NCBI GenBank assembly: GCA_963745835.1
Contig: CAVUZH010000019.1
Span: 96,001 to 160,000, forward strand
From: an uncultured delta proteobacterium
GTDB taxonomy: Bacteria > Desulfobacterota > Binatia > UBA9968
Length of the DNA stretch: 64,000 nt
Direction: 5' to 3'
The notes below the pieces were generated by a model. The model worked only from the letters and a program-made list of their open reading frames with translations, was not told where the DNA came from and searched no databases. Both the position numbers and the translations under genes were made by a program. The stretch's first letter is position 1. Each line of letters opens with the position of its first letter. Below, in pieces: positions 9,462 to 19,146 of this stretch.

Positions 9462-10808
9462 TTAAATATACTTCACTTTATCGACACCGGGGATTTCGAC
9501 TTTTTCAAAGCGCCAGCGATCTTTCATTGGGGCGGTGGCATCGATACCCAACCCGGCAGTGACACGGGATTCCGGACACGACGGGTCAAGCGTCGAGCAA
9601 GCGATGCGTGGGATGATGATCGCGTCTTTGTCCGCTTGGAACCGTGTCGCCATCGCCCAATCTACCTGCATCGGATCAAAGGGATCGATGTCATCGTCGA
9701 CAACGATCACCTGCTTGAGGCCGATGCCCATTGAAAGAAGCGCCAGAATAACGTTGCGCCCTTCGTTCTCGGCGCGCTTTTTGATCGACACTACGACATG
9801 ATGGCGGAAGGTCCCTCCCGGCGTCATGTTAATGCCGCGCACTTCGGGCACGACCTTTCTTACTTCGCGATAAACTACCGCCGCGTTGCCATACTCGATC
9901 AAGGTGTGATTTTCCGTCACTGGCATGCCGGTGAGCGCGGTCTGCCAGATCGGATTCTGGCGCATCGTGATCGCGGTCACTTTGAGCACGGGCGCTTGCT
10001 TGGCTTCGCTGTAGCAGCCGGGATATTCACCATACGGCCCGTCGCCCACCCGTTCGCCTGGAACTGTCACACCTTCGATGACGACCTCGGAGAAGGCGGG
10101 CACCTCGACGTCAATCGTTTCGCATCTGGTTAGCTTCACCGCGGCGCCGCGCAAGCCGCCGGCGACATGAAACTCGTCGATGCCGAACGGCACCCGCGCC
10201 TGCGAGCCGACGACGATGGCTGGATCGACGCCGACAGCGGTGGCAACTTCCAAACCTTTCTTCTTCTCTTCGGCCATCAGAATCATGCGGCCCAAGTGAT
10301 GGTCGGCCGGCGCCCAAAGCGAGAGCCGGTCCTTGCCAAGCACCAGCATGCGATGAACCGACAAATTGCGTATACCGGTGTCGGGATTCTTGCCGACCTG
10401 CACGCCGATGGTGACATACGGACCGCAATCCTTGCTCGCGTGGGTGACGATCGGCAGCTTAGACAAATCGACCTGGTCACCGGTCCACTTGATCTCTTTG
10501 CACGGAGCATTCGAAACAATCTCAGGGGGGATGTGCTTGTCTTCCAGAGTCATGTAGCGCTCGAGCATCTGCTCTTGCGGCACGCCGAGTCCGAGGGCCA
10601 CTAGTTTTCTGGTTGCGAACAGTCCGCCCAACACGCGCCAGCCGGGATAGCCTCTTACGTTTTCAAATAGCAACGCCGGTCCTTCGATGTCGGAAGTCTT
10701 GCGCATCCCCGCGGCGATCTCGTACTTGACATCGACTTCGTCTTTGACCCGCAGTAACTGCTTCTGGCTTTCCAGGTGCGTTAGAAAGCTTCTAAGATCT
10801 TCGAACAT
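9462..10808 (-). CDS. UbiD family (prFMN-dependent) decarboxylase
   Basis: DLRSFL, PALLFENV, NLSVHR, DGPYGEY, VDDDID, WAMATRFQ, GIDAT. Confidence 0.94.
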   Translation of the reverse strand: MFEDLRSFLTHLESQKQLLRVKDEVDVKYEIAAGMRKTSDIEGPALLFENVRGYPGWRVLGGLFATRKLVALGLGVPQEQMLERYMTLEDKHIPPEIVSNAPCKEIKWTGDQVDLSKLPIVTHASKDCGPYVTIGVQVGKNPDTGIRNLSVHRMLVLGKDRLSLWAPADHHLGRMILMAEEKKKGLEVATAVGVDPAIVVGSQARVPFGIDEFHVAGGLRGAAVKLTRCETIDVEVPAFSEVVIEGVTVPGERVGDGPYGEYPGCYSEAKQAPVLKVTAITMRQNPIWQTALTGMPVTENHTLIEYGNAAVVYREVRKVVPEVRGINMTPGGTFRHHVVVSIKKRAENEGRNVILALLSMGIGLKQVIVVDDDIDPFDPMQVDWAMATRFQADKDAIIIPRIACSTLDPSCPESRVTAGLGIDATAPMKDRWRFEKVEIPGVDKVKYI

Positions 10809-10922
10809 GAGACAACCTCTAACATTCAGATGAGGTGATGGAGTTGGATTACTGGGTTCCGGAGTTTCCGGCGCAACACTCCAACACTCTAGCCTTGGTC
10901 TCTTCTATCAATCATCGCGCCA

Positions 10923-11906
10923 TCAGTTCAACCGCAACAGCGGCAGCACTTCGTCGATAAATCTTCTCACCTGCTCAAGTTGATCATTGACGGTAAATCG
11001 CAGCACCGGCGTAGTGATGCCCATGTCGATCCATTCTTGAATCAGTCGTGCGCAGTCTTTCGGCGGTCCGTGCGCAAGCCAGACCTTGATCAAGCTTTCC
11101 GGCGGATAAGTCGGGCCGTAATAATGATTGAAGTAATCTTTGGCTTGGGCGTAGGCTGATTGTTTGTCGTCGTTGACGTTGACCATGCCATGAATGGCTA
11201 CTTCGAAGTTTGATAAGTCTTTGCCGATCTCATTGGCGGTTTCCTCGATGATTCTTAACCGTTTGCCAAGCTCTTGCGGCGTCACTCCCATGGTAATGTA
11301 GCCATCGGCGAGCGCGCCCACCCGGCGCATCGCTTGATCAACGACCTTGTCGCCGGCTTGCTCACGCTCCGGGCTGACCGCGATCCAAATCGGCGGCGGC
11401 TTCTGCACCGGTTTCGGCACGATGTTGTAGCCTTCGAGCGTGTAATATTTGCCCTTGTGCACGACCTCTTTGTCACTCCAGATTTGACGGAGCAATTGAA
11501 TGCCCTCTTTCATGCGTCCAACGCGCTCTTCGCGCTTGACACCGAAAGCTCTGAGCTCGCCTTCATGCCCGCCGCCGATGCAGACGCCGAGCAACGCTCG
11601 TCCCTGAGAGATCTGATCGAGCGACGCCCATTGAATCGCGAGCAGAACCGGATGGCGCACGGGGAAAGAAGCCATACAAATCGTGCCGAGGCGTACTTTT
11701 TTGGTGTGAGTCGCTACCGCCGCAAGCATGGTGATCGCTTCCAAGCGCGGTTTATGAATCAGACTATCGCCGAACCACACGGATTCGAAGACTCCCGACT
11801 GGTCGGCGCGCTTGGCCGTTTCGATAAGCTCATCGATATCGGTGAGCCCGAACAATGCGCCTCGATTCGGCAGACTAATACCCCACTTTATCGGCAGCTT
11901 TCGCAT
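10923..11906 (-). CDS. LLM class flavin-dependent oxidoreductase
   Basis: FESVWFGD, AAVATHTKKVRLGT, SLDQISQGR, PKPVQKPPPIW. Confidence 0.92.
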   Translation of the reverse strand: MRKLPIKWGISLPNRGALFGLTDIDELIETAKRADQSGVFESVWFGDSLIHKPRLEAITMLAAVATHTKKVRLGTICMASFPVRHPVLLAIQWASLDQISQGRALLGVCIGGGHEGELRAFGVKREERVGRMKEGIQLLRQIWSDKEVVHKGKYYTLEGYNIVPKPVQKPPPIWIAVSPEREQAGDKVVDQAMRRVGALADGYITMGVTPQELGKRLRIIEETANEIGKDLSNFEVAIHGMVNVNDDKQSAYAQAKDYFNHYYGPTYPPESLIKVWLAHGPPKDCARLIQEWIDMGITTPVLRFTVNDQLEQVRRFIDEVLPLLRLN

Positions 11907-12200
11907 CCTTGCTTCCCCGTCCACTGTTAAGAGAACGCCGATGAGCTGTCAAGCAGATGTCACAGCTGCAAAATGATCACGATGCATAATGGAGTTTGCC
12001 CCGCGTCGTACGATGGTTTGGAAATCAGAAATCTTGAGTTTTAACTCGAACGAGAAGAGGGCGTCTTCCTCGGTTCAACGGCCTAAAGTTCGGCTTGACA
12101 GGCGCGCGCGATTGCGCGCATAGCATAAGTGCATCGGCCGGATGACACCTTGTCGCTGCGGCCAGTCATGATTCAAAACCTAAGTCGGAGGTAGACCAAA

Positions 12201-13637
12201 ATGCCGAAAGATTTTCGCAGTTATTTGGATGAACTGTTAGAAAAGCGCCCCAAGGATGTCGTGGTCGTCGATAAACCAGTCGATCCGCGTTATGAAGCCA
12301 GCGCGATTGTCGAGAAATTTGAACGAAAAAATGAATTCCCTTTGGTTTTTTTCAAAAATATCAAGGGCTCGAAGATTCCCCTGGTTATCAATCTGGGCGC
12401 CACTTATGAACGGCTGGCATTGTCGCTGGGCTCCCCATCGGTGCCGCAGATGGTCAAGGATCTGGCCCATCGCGAGCACAATCCGGTTCCGGTCAAAGAG
12501 ATTTCAGCCAGAGACGCGCCCTGCAAAGAGGTGATTCTTAAAGGCGACGCTGCCGATCTCGATCTTTTACCGGTCCTCACCCTCAATGAAGGCGACGCCG
12601 GCGCCTATGTCAACGCCGCCGCGATGATCTGCAAAGAGCGCGGCACAGGCGCAGTAAACGTCGGCATCTATCGACACCAGAAGCAGGGCAAAAGGCAGCT
12701 CGGCCTGATGGTCAACCCCGCCAATCACGCTAATTATGTCCGCGCCGAATACGAAGATCATAACGAACCCATGGAAGTCGCTCTCGTCATCGGGCATCAC
12801 CCTGCATTGAATATGGCCGCGGTCAGCAAGCAAGCCGGCGTCGGCTCGGAATTGGAGATTGCGGGCTCATTTTTGGGCGAACCCTTGGAAGTCGTCAAGG
12901 CCGAGACGGTGAACTTGATGGTGCCGGCCCGCGCCGAGATCATCATCGAAGGAATCGTGCCGCCGAAAAAGCGCCACTACGAAGGACCCTTCGGCGAATG
13001 GCCGCATTACTACTATAAAGAAGGCGAGCAGCCTTACATCGAAGTCACCGCGATTACCATGCGCAAAAATCCGATCTATCAGTGCATCCACAGCGCCCAC
13101 TTCGAGCACAACATCATCGGCGCTGCGCCAAGATTGGGCAGCTTGCTCAAGCGCATTCAAGAAGTCGTCCCGAGCACGACCGGGGTTAACATGCCGATCT
13201 CCGGCGCCGCCCGCTCGCATTGTTACATCTCGGTTAAAAAGAGAGCCGAAGGCGAACCGAAACAGGCCGCGCTCGGAGCCCTGGTCACCGATCCGAACAT
13301 CAAACATGTGATCGTGGTCGACGATGACGTCGATGTGTTCAATGAAACCCAAGTGCTGTGGGCGCTGGCTATGCGCTTTCAAGCGGACCGTGATCTGGTG
13401 ATCATTCCCAACATCATCGGCTCGCATCTCAATCCTACGGCGTACGGCTTCAACCGTATGGAAAAGGGTCCCATGGAAACCAAATTGATCTTCGACGCGA
13501 CCAAGCCGCTGCCGCCGTACCATTTTCCCAAGGAAGCACAAGCGCCCGACGAGGTGTTGAATAGAATCGATCTTGCACGCGACACGCGGCCGTACGAGCC
13601 GGGGCCCGATGACCGGATCATTACTGGTAAGGAATGA
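12201..13637 (+). CDS. UbiD family decarboxylase (second, divergent)
   Basis: GGAGG RBS; NVGIYR, EGPFGEW, VDDDVD, WALAMRFQ, IFDAT. Confidence 0.94.
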   Translation: MPKDFRSYLDELLEKRPKDVVVVDKPVDPRYEASAIVEKFERKNEFPLVFFKNIKGSKIPLVINLGATYERLALSLGSPSVPQMVKDLAHREHNPVPVKEISARDAPCKEVILKGDAADLDLLPVLTLNEGDAGAYVNAAAMICKERGTGAVNVGIYRHQKQGKRQLGLMVNPANHANYVRAEYEDHNEPMEVALVIGHHPALNMAAVSKQAGVGSELEIAGSFLGEPLEVVKAETVNLMVPARAEIIIEGIVPPKKRHYEGPFGEWPHYYYKEGEQPYIEVTAITMRKNPIYQCIHSAHFEHNIIGAAPRLGSLLKRIQEVVPSTTGVNMPISGAARSHCYISVKKRAEGEPKQAALGALVTDPNIKHVIVVDDDVDVFNETQVLWALAMRFQADRDLVIIPNIIGSHLNPTAYGFNRMEKGPMETKLIFDATKPLPPYHFPKEAQAPDEVLNRIDLARDTRPYEPGPDDRIITGKE

Positions 13638-13643
13638 TCCGGT

Positions 13644-13749
13644 GTTCCAGACGTTCCAGCCGTTTCAATCATTCCAAGAAGTTATCATTAGAGCGATCTG
13701 ATTCTGTTTGCACGACTGGAACGAATGGAACCTTTGGAACTATTGGAAC
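13644..13749. repeat. Inverted array of 9-bp tandem repeats (GTTCCANNN x4, spacer, NNNTGGAAC x4)
   Basis: GTTCCAGAC GTTCCAGCC GTTTCAATC ATTCCAAGA then GACTGGAAC GAATGGAAC CTTTGGAAC TATTGGAAC. Confidence 0.9.
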
Positions 13750-13767
13750 CAAGGCCGCAGGCGAAAC

Positions 13768-14550
13768 ATGGTTGAGATCCAGGGGGTCTCAAAAAGTTTT
13801 CACAAAACCGTCAAAGAGCACACGACGGAGGTCAAGGCATTGGCGGACGTGAGTCTCTCCATCCGCGAGAACGAGTTTATCAGTATCATCGGCCCGAGCG
13901 GTTGCGGCAAAACCACCTTGCTTAAAATGATCGACGGCTTGATCCCGTACGATGGCGGCAAGATCCTCATTGACGGCAAGCAGGTCACGGCACCGGGGCC
14001 CGACCGAGCTGTCGTATTTCAAGCTTTTGCTTTGTTGCCCTGGCGCACCGTGCTCGCCAATGTGGAGTTCAGCCTTGAACTGCGCCGATTGCCCAAAGAA
14101 GCTCGCACAAAGACCGCCCGCGACTATCTTAAACGCGTCGGTTTGAGCGATTTCGAAAATCATTATCCCCACGAGCTCTCCGGCGGCATGCAGCAGCGCG
14201 CGGGACTGGCCCGCGCGCTGGCAGTCAACCCGTCGATCCTGCTGATGGACGAACCGTTCGGCGCAGTTGACGCCCAAACCCGCCAGCTCTTACAAGAGGA
14301 ATTGTTGGAGCTGTGGCAACGTGAACGCAAGACGGTGATCTTCATTACCCATAGCATGGATGAAGCGGTTTATCTTTCTGACCGGGTCGTGGTGATGACT
14401 CCCCGTCCCGGAAAAGTAGCTGAAATTCTCGATGTCCCGCTGGCGCGGCCGCGTGTCTCCGAAGCGGTGCGCCGCGATGCCAAATTCGTCGACCTGACCA
14501 ATTATATTTGGGAAAGTCTCAAGAAGGCGATGGAGAACCACCACCCGTGA
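13768..14550 (+). CDS. ABC ATP-binding protein, TauB/SsuB family
   Basis: GPSGCGKT, LSGGMQQR, LLMDEPF. Start at MVEIQ; the track extension is translated repeat. Confidence 0.95.
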   Translation: MVEIQGVSKSFHKTVKEHTTEVKALADVSLSIRENEFISIIGPSGCGKTTLLKMIDGLIPYDGGKILIDGKQVTAPGPDRAVVFQAFALLPWRTVLANVEFSLELRRLPKEARTKTARDYLKRVGLSDFENHYPHELSGGMQQRAGLARALAVNPSILLMDEPFGAVDAQTRQLLQEELLELWQRERKTVIFITHSMDEAVYLSDRVVVMTPRPGKVAEILDVPLARPRVSEAVRRDAKFVDLTNYIWESLKKAMENHHP

Positions 14551-15302
14551 AGAGCCGCTTTGGCACCAACTTTTTTTCTCTTCTCTCGTTGGCGCTGCTG
14601 TGGGAAGTTACGGGGCGAGCAATGGATTCCACCTTGATTCCGCCATTGTCGCAAATCGGCGCGGCGTGGTGGAAGCTTCTGAGCAGCGGCAAACTGTTGT
14701 CAAACCTGAGTATGAGCCTCACCACGTTGGTGACCGGTTTTTGTCTTGCCGTGTTGATCGGGGTTGTCGTCGGGCTCCTCATGGGACGTTTTCGCGCCGT
14801 CGAACATTTTTTGGATCTTTATGTCAATGCTCTAATGTCGGCGCCGAGTACCGCCTTCGTGCCGGTGCTCATTCTATGGTTCGGTCTGGGCGTGGAATCG
14901 CGCGTCGCGGTCGTATTTCTCTTCGCGGTGTTCGTCATCATCATCAACACCATGACCGGCGTTAAACAGGTCGACACCGTTCTCGTCGAGATGGCGCGCT
15001 CCTTCGGAGCTCGAGAAAAAGAGATCTTTTTCATGATCATACTCCCCGCCGCCCTCCCGGCAATTATGGCGGGGCTTCGGCTCGGCATGGGCCGCGCCGT
15101 AAAAGGTATGGTAACAGCGGAAATGTTGCTCACGCTTACGGGTATCGGCGCCATGATCATGCAATACGGCTCATCTTTTGCCACCGATTCGCTCTTTGCG
15201 GTGATTTTCACCGTGTTGTTAATAGCGCTTTTGACAATGAAGGCGGTGCAGTGGCTCGACCGCAGATTAACCGGCTGGAAGGCGGAGATCGCTATCGAAT
15301 AG
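14547..15302 (+). CDS. ABC permease, TauC/SsuC family
   Basis: TM helices, EAA loop EMARSFGA; GTGA overlap with ATPase. Confidence 0.93.
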   Translation: MKSRFGTNFFSLLSLALLWEVTGRAMDSTLIPPLSQIGAAWWKLLSSGKLLSNLSMSLTTLVTGFCLAVLIGVVVGLLMGRFRAVEHFLDLYVNALMSAPSTAFVPVLILWFGLGVESRVAVVFLFAVFVIIINTMTGVKQVDTVLVEMARSFGAREKEIFFMIILPAALPAIMAGLRLGMGRAVKGMVTAEMLLTLTGIGAMIMQYGSSFATDSLFAVIFTVLLIALLTMKAVQWLDRRLTGWKAEIAIE

Positions 15303-15327
15303 TCAATCAAACTTAGGAGGGAATCGT

Positions 15328-16308
15328 ATGATGAAATCAATCTGCGGATTATCGGTTTTGATCGTGATCATGCTCGGATTCATTTCAGGGAGCGAAGCAC
15401 AAGCACCGAAAAAGGTGCGCTTTGCATACCCGTCGTCGGCCGACATGGGTGATATTCCCTCATTGCTTGCCTGGGAGCAGCTCAAAAAACAGGGGATCGA
15501 AGTGGTGCCAACCTTCTTTCCCAAAACCGACCTGGCCGTTCAAGCAGTGGTTGCCGGGGAAGCCGACATTGGCTCGGCAGCCGGCATTGCCGTGATCAAG
15601 GCCGTCGAGAGCGGCATGAATATTCGCATCATTGGCGAGCAGGTGCGCAATGAATGGCAATTGGTCACGCCGGTGTCTCTCAAGGATCCAAAACAACTGG
15701 ACGGCAAACGGGTCGGTTACCACGCGCCGATTACGGTGACCGAAGCGCTGGTCAAATGGATGGCGCAACACTACAAGATCACTCCAAACTGGATGATCAT
15801 CCCGGGTTCTGACGTGCGCTCAGAAGCCTTGATGCGCGGCCAATTAGACGCCACGCCGGCGGAGATTGGCGACGTCCTAAATATCCTCAGTGCCAAGCCT
15901 GGCCAGTTTCACGTTTTGATCTCCTATGCCAAGACTTTCCCCCAGCTTATCGGCTCGATGTATTTCGCGCGCGGCGATTACTTACAGAAGAACGCAGCAA
16001 CTGTTGAAAGCGTGCTCGAGGCGATTCTCAGAGCGCATCGCAACGCCGAAGAACGCCCGGCATCGGTGAAAGAAAATGCTTTAAGGCTGCTGCCCGAAAC
16101 CAAACCCGAGCTCGTCGAAGCCACGGCAGCGACTTACAAAGAGCTTAGGATTTGGGATGTCAACGGCGGCGCCGACAAAGAGCGCGGTGACGCGAGCATC
16201 AAATTCTTCGAGGAATCGGGACTGCTCAAAAAAAACGCCGTCAGTTTCAACCAGTCCTTCGACACGGCGCCATTGGATAAAGTTTTAAAGAAAATCGGAC
16301 GCAAATAA
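15328..16308 (+). CDS. ABC substrate-binding protein, SsuA/NMT1/THI5-like
   Basis: AGGAGG RBS, signal peptide, LDGKRVG, ALMRGQLDA. Confidence 0.9.
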   Translation: MMKSICGLSVLIVIMLGFISGSEAQAPKKVRFAYPSSADMGDIPSLLAWEQLKKQGIEVVPTFFPKTDLAVQAVVAGEADIGSAAGIAVIKAVESGMNIRIIGEQVRNEWQLVTPVSLKDPKQLDGKRVGYHAPITVTEALVKWMAQHYKITPNWMIIPGSDVRSEALMRGQLDATPAEIGDVLNILSAKPGQFHVLISYAKTFPQLIGSMYFARGDYLQKNAATVESVLEAILRAHRNAEERPASVKENALRLLPETKPELVEATAATYKELRIWDVNGGADKERGDASIKFFEESGLLKKNAVSFNQSFDTAPLDKVLKKIGRK

Positions 16309-16309
16309 A

Positions 16310-17056
16310 TTGGTGAAGGCGAGCACGCTCAGAATCATCTCGCTCTTCACGCTCGCGGCGATTTGGGAAGTCGCGGGGCGAACGGGCAACGCGCATCTGC
16401 TGCCGCCCCTTTCCAAGGTTATGACCGTCTGGGCGGAACTGCTGGTCTCGGGGCAGCTGTTCCAGGCGATTGCCGTAAGCTTTCAAGCCCTGGCTCTCGG
16501 GTTTTTTATCTCAGTCGTATTCGGAGTCCCCCTCGGACTAATGATGGGCCGTTACCGGCGACTCGAGTCGTTCCTGGACGTTTACATGACCGCGCTGCTC
16601 GCAGTGCCGATGATTTCGTTTATACCGTTTCTAGTGATTGCTTTCGGTTTAGGTCTCCACTCCCGTGTTTGGATCGTTTTTCTCTTCGCCTTTGTGATTA
16701 TCGCTATCAATACCACCGCTGGCGTGCGCAGTGTCGATCCGACCTTGACTGAAATGGCTCGCTCCTTCGGCGCGCGCGAAAGCGAGTTATTTTTAAAGAT
16801 CATCCTGCCCGCTGCGATGCCGATGATTATGGCGGGCATTCGCCTCGGCATGGGCCGTGCGGTGCTCGGCATGGTCACCGGAGAAATGATTCTTTCTGTC
16901 GTCGGGTTCGGCGCCATGCTGATGACTTTTAGCGCATCGTTCAATTCGAGCGCGCTGTTTGCGACCATCCTAACGATCGTGTTGCTTGCCGTCGCCTTGC
17001 TCGCGTTGATTCAGCATTTAGATCGGCGCCTGATGCCGTGGCGCGCAGCGACGTAA
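16310..17056 (+). CDS. ABC permease, TauC/SsuC family (second)
   Basis: EMARSFGA, ILPAAMPMIMAGIRLG; paralog of the 14547 permease. Confidence 0.93.
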   Translation: MVKASTLRIISLFTLAAIWEVAGRTGNAHLLPPLSKVMTVWAELLVSGQLFQAIAVSFQALALGFFISVVFGVPLGLMMGRYRRLESFLDVYMTALLAVPMISFIPFLVIAFGLGLHSRVWIVFLFAFVIIAINTTAGVRSVDPTLTEMARSFGARESELFLKIILPAAMPMIMAGIRLGMGRAVLGMVTGEMILSVVGFGAMLMTFSASFNSSALFATILTIVLLAVALLALIQHLDRRLMPWRAAT

Positions 17057-17258
17057 CGATCTCACCCGCTGTCCCTTATGGCGTTGATTTGAGTCTTTGC
17101 CTTCTGCATCACTACGTTCACGTTCCGATCACGGACCCGGCACTCTACTGCTCGGTTTGTCACACGTGTGAAAGCATGTGATATTTACTGCCGCGTTCCT
17201 GTCGGGCTGCTGTTGATAATCACACTCACAGGATGGACGAGCAGCAAAGGAGAGATTT

Positions 17259-18263
17259 ATGATAATCGCACTCTGCCGAAAATTCACAGCGCTTGTCTGC
17301 CTGCTGTTTCTGCCGGTGATGAATCATGGCTTGGTTCACGCGCAGACGTTAGAAAAGCTGCCGGTGGCCTATACGGTGATCGCGCCGACTCAGGCGACCT
17401 TGTGGACTGCCAAAGAACTCGGTTTATTCGCGAAGCAGGGGCTCGACGTCGAGTTGGTTCTCCTGGTCGGCGCGCCGCTCGCGGTTACCGCCCTGGTTTC
17501 CGGGGAAACTCCGATTGTTCATGCCGGCGCCTCCGCCGTGGTCACCAGCAACCTCCAAGGATCCGGGGCCGTCTTGATTGCCGGCGGAGCCAATCGCTTT
17601 CCTTACGTGCTTTTCGTCACCGATGAGATCAAACGAGTAGAAGACCTGAGAGGCAAGAAATTCGGCGTGAGCCGCATCGGCAGCGCCGATAACGCCGCGG
17701 CAATTACGGTGCTCAATAGATTCGGCATAAAAGATACGGAGATAACATACGTGCAAGCCGGATCGATTCCTGCGCGCCTTGCAGCCATGCAGACAAACGC
17801 GTTGCAAGCAACGCTGTTGCAGGCGCCGGAAACTCTAAAAGCCAAAGAGATCGGCATGCGTTCCTTGCTGGATTTCACCAAGCTCGATGTCGAATGGCAG
17901 CAAAATGGCGTGGCTACCACTCGGGATTACATTAAGAAAAAACCCGACACGGTGCGTCGTTTTATCAGGGCCTTCGTCGAGGGCAGCGCTTACAATTTGA
18001 CCAATCCCAAAGGCGCGCAAAAGATTTTGCAGAAATATCTCGCGATCAAAGACGATAAGTCCGTGCAAGAATCTTATAACGAAATCGTCGCCAAGCTAAC
18101 GCTCAAAGTTCCCTATCCCACCGAGCCCGGCATCCAGCTCTACCTCGACCAACTGAAGATTAAGAATCCCAAAGCGGCGCAAGCCAAACCGTCCGACTTC
18201 ACCGACATCAGTTTTTTGAAAGAACTGGAATCCAGCGGCTTTATCGAGAAATTTTATAAGTGA
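17259..18263 (+). CDS. SsuA/THI5-like substrate-binding protein
   Basis: Signal peptide, GLFAKQGLDVEL, DLRGKKFGVSRIGS, FLKELESSGFI. Confidence 0.92.
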   Translation: MIIALCRKFTALVCLLFLPVMNHGLVHAQTLEKLPVAYTVIAPTQATLWTAKELGLFAKQGLDVELVLLVGAPLAVTALVSGETPIVHAGASAVVTSNLQGSGAVLIAGGANRFPYVLFVTDEIKRVEDLRGKKFGVSRIGSADNAAAITVLNRFGIKDTEITYVQAGSIPARLAAMQTNALQATLLQAPETLKAKEIGMRSLLDFTKLDVEWQQNGVATTRDYIKKKPDTVRRFIRAFVEGSAYNLTNPKGAQKILQKYLAIKDDKSVQESYNEIVAKLTLKVPYPTEPGIQLYLDQLKIKNPKAAQAKPSDFTDISFLKELESSGFIEKFYK

Positions 18264-18268
18264 AACAA

Positions 18269-18358
18269 GTTCCAATCGTTCCAGCCGTTCCAAATGTTCC
18301 AATCGTTCTCGGCCCTAAAACCACCTGGAACTACTGGAACGTTTGGAACCATTGGATG
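18269..18358. repeat. Inverted array of 9-bp tandem repeats between convergent genes
   Basis: GTTCCAATC GTTCCAGCC GTTCCAAAT GTTCCAATC then ACCTGGAAC TACTGGAAC GTTTGGAAC CATTGGATG. Confidence 0.9.
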
Positions 18359-18359
18359 T

Positions 18360-18995
18360 TTAGTTCTTATAAATCACGATTTTCAAATCTTTCCCCCGTC
18401 CGCCTTCCGGACAAGCGCTGATGCCGACCAGGCAATCCATCTCGGAACGTAGATCCATCATGTCGCCGCCGGGCCGCGGTCGGGTCATCGAATAACGCAT
18501 GCTGCCGGTCTTGGCGTTGATCACCATCGTCTGAAAAATATTGAGCGGGCTTGGCACGTCCTCCATCGGCACGCCGTGCGGCTTCAAAGCCTTGGCGAGA
18601 TTCTCCCAGCAGCCGTGCTTCGGCGCTACGACTTTTTGTCTTCCCAATTTTTTCCAAACGTCGCCATAGATCTTGAAAATTTCATCGCCCCATTTCTTAT
18701 AGAAAGACGTGCTGCACATGCCTTTCTCCATGTCGTGAGTGCCGCGATAAGTATCTTTGACGATGGTTTGCATGACGTTGTTGAATTTCGAAATTAACAT
18801 GTCCCCGGTCGTCACAAAAATTTTCCCCTGATCGACCTTGGTCCTCGCTTGGTCGAAGCGCTCCTTGACGTTACGGAGATTAAATACGACATAATCGGCG
18901 GTGGACTCGCCGATGACGCGAATGATTTGGCCTTTCTTGACTTCGAAAGTTTCGCCGCTGTTGCTCTTGACGATTGCTTCGCTGATAATTTTCAT
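18360..18995 (-). CDS. DUF1989 / urea carboxylase-associated family protein
   Basis: FEVKKGQ, HD..C, HGCWENL, PLNIF, SACP zinc-site pattern. Confidence 0.85.
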   Translation of the reverse strand: MKIISEAIVKSNSGETFEVKKGQIIRVIGESTADYVVFNLRNVKERFDQARTKVDQGKIFVTTGDMLISKFNNVMQTIVKDTYRGTHDMEKGMCSTSFYKKWGDEIFKIYGDVWKKLGRQKVVAPKHGCWENLAKALKPHGVPMEDVPSPLNIFQTMVINAKTGSMRYSMTRPRPGGDMMDLRSEMDCLVGISACPEGGRGKDLKIVIYKN

Positions 18996-19146
18996 CGATT
19001 CCTCCCGGATGATTTGAATTCTTGCCACGTTAGCTGATCAAACAGCGCAAAAGCAAGAATGACAGGTGCGAAAAGCCATCTAAAGATTGACGCCAGCTTG
19101 ACGGTGAGACATATAAGCAAGAGTCAATTATCTTAAGGAGCTTTCA

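Noticed and set aside
13708-13767. Trp/Asn-rich N-terminal extension of the ABC ATPase
   Set aside because: It is the translation of the intergenic 9-bp repeat; the domain starts at 13768
13644-18358. CRISPR array in the TGGAAC repeats
   Set aside because: Period is 9 bp, there are no unique spacers, arms are inverted and no cas genes are present
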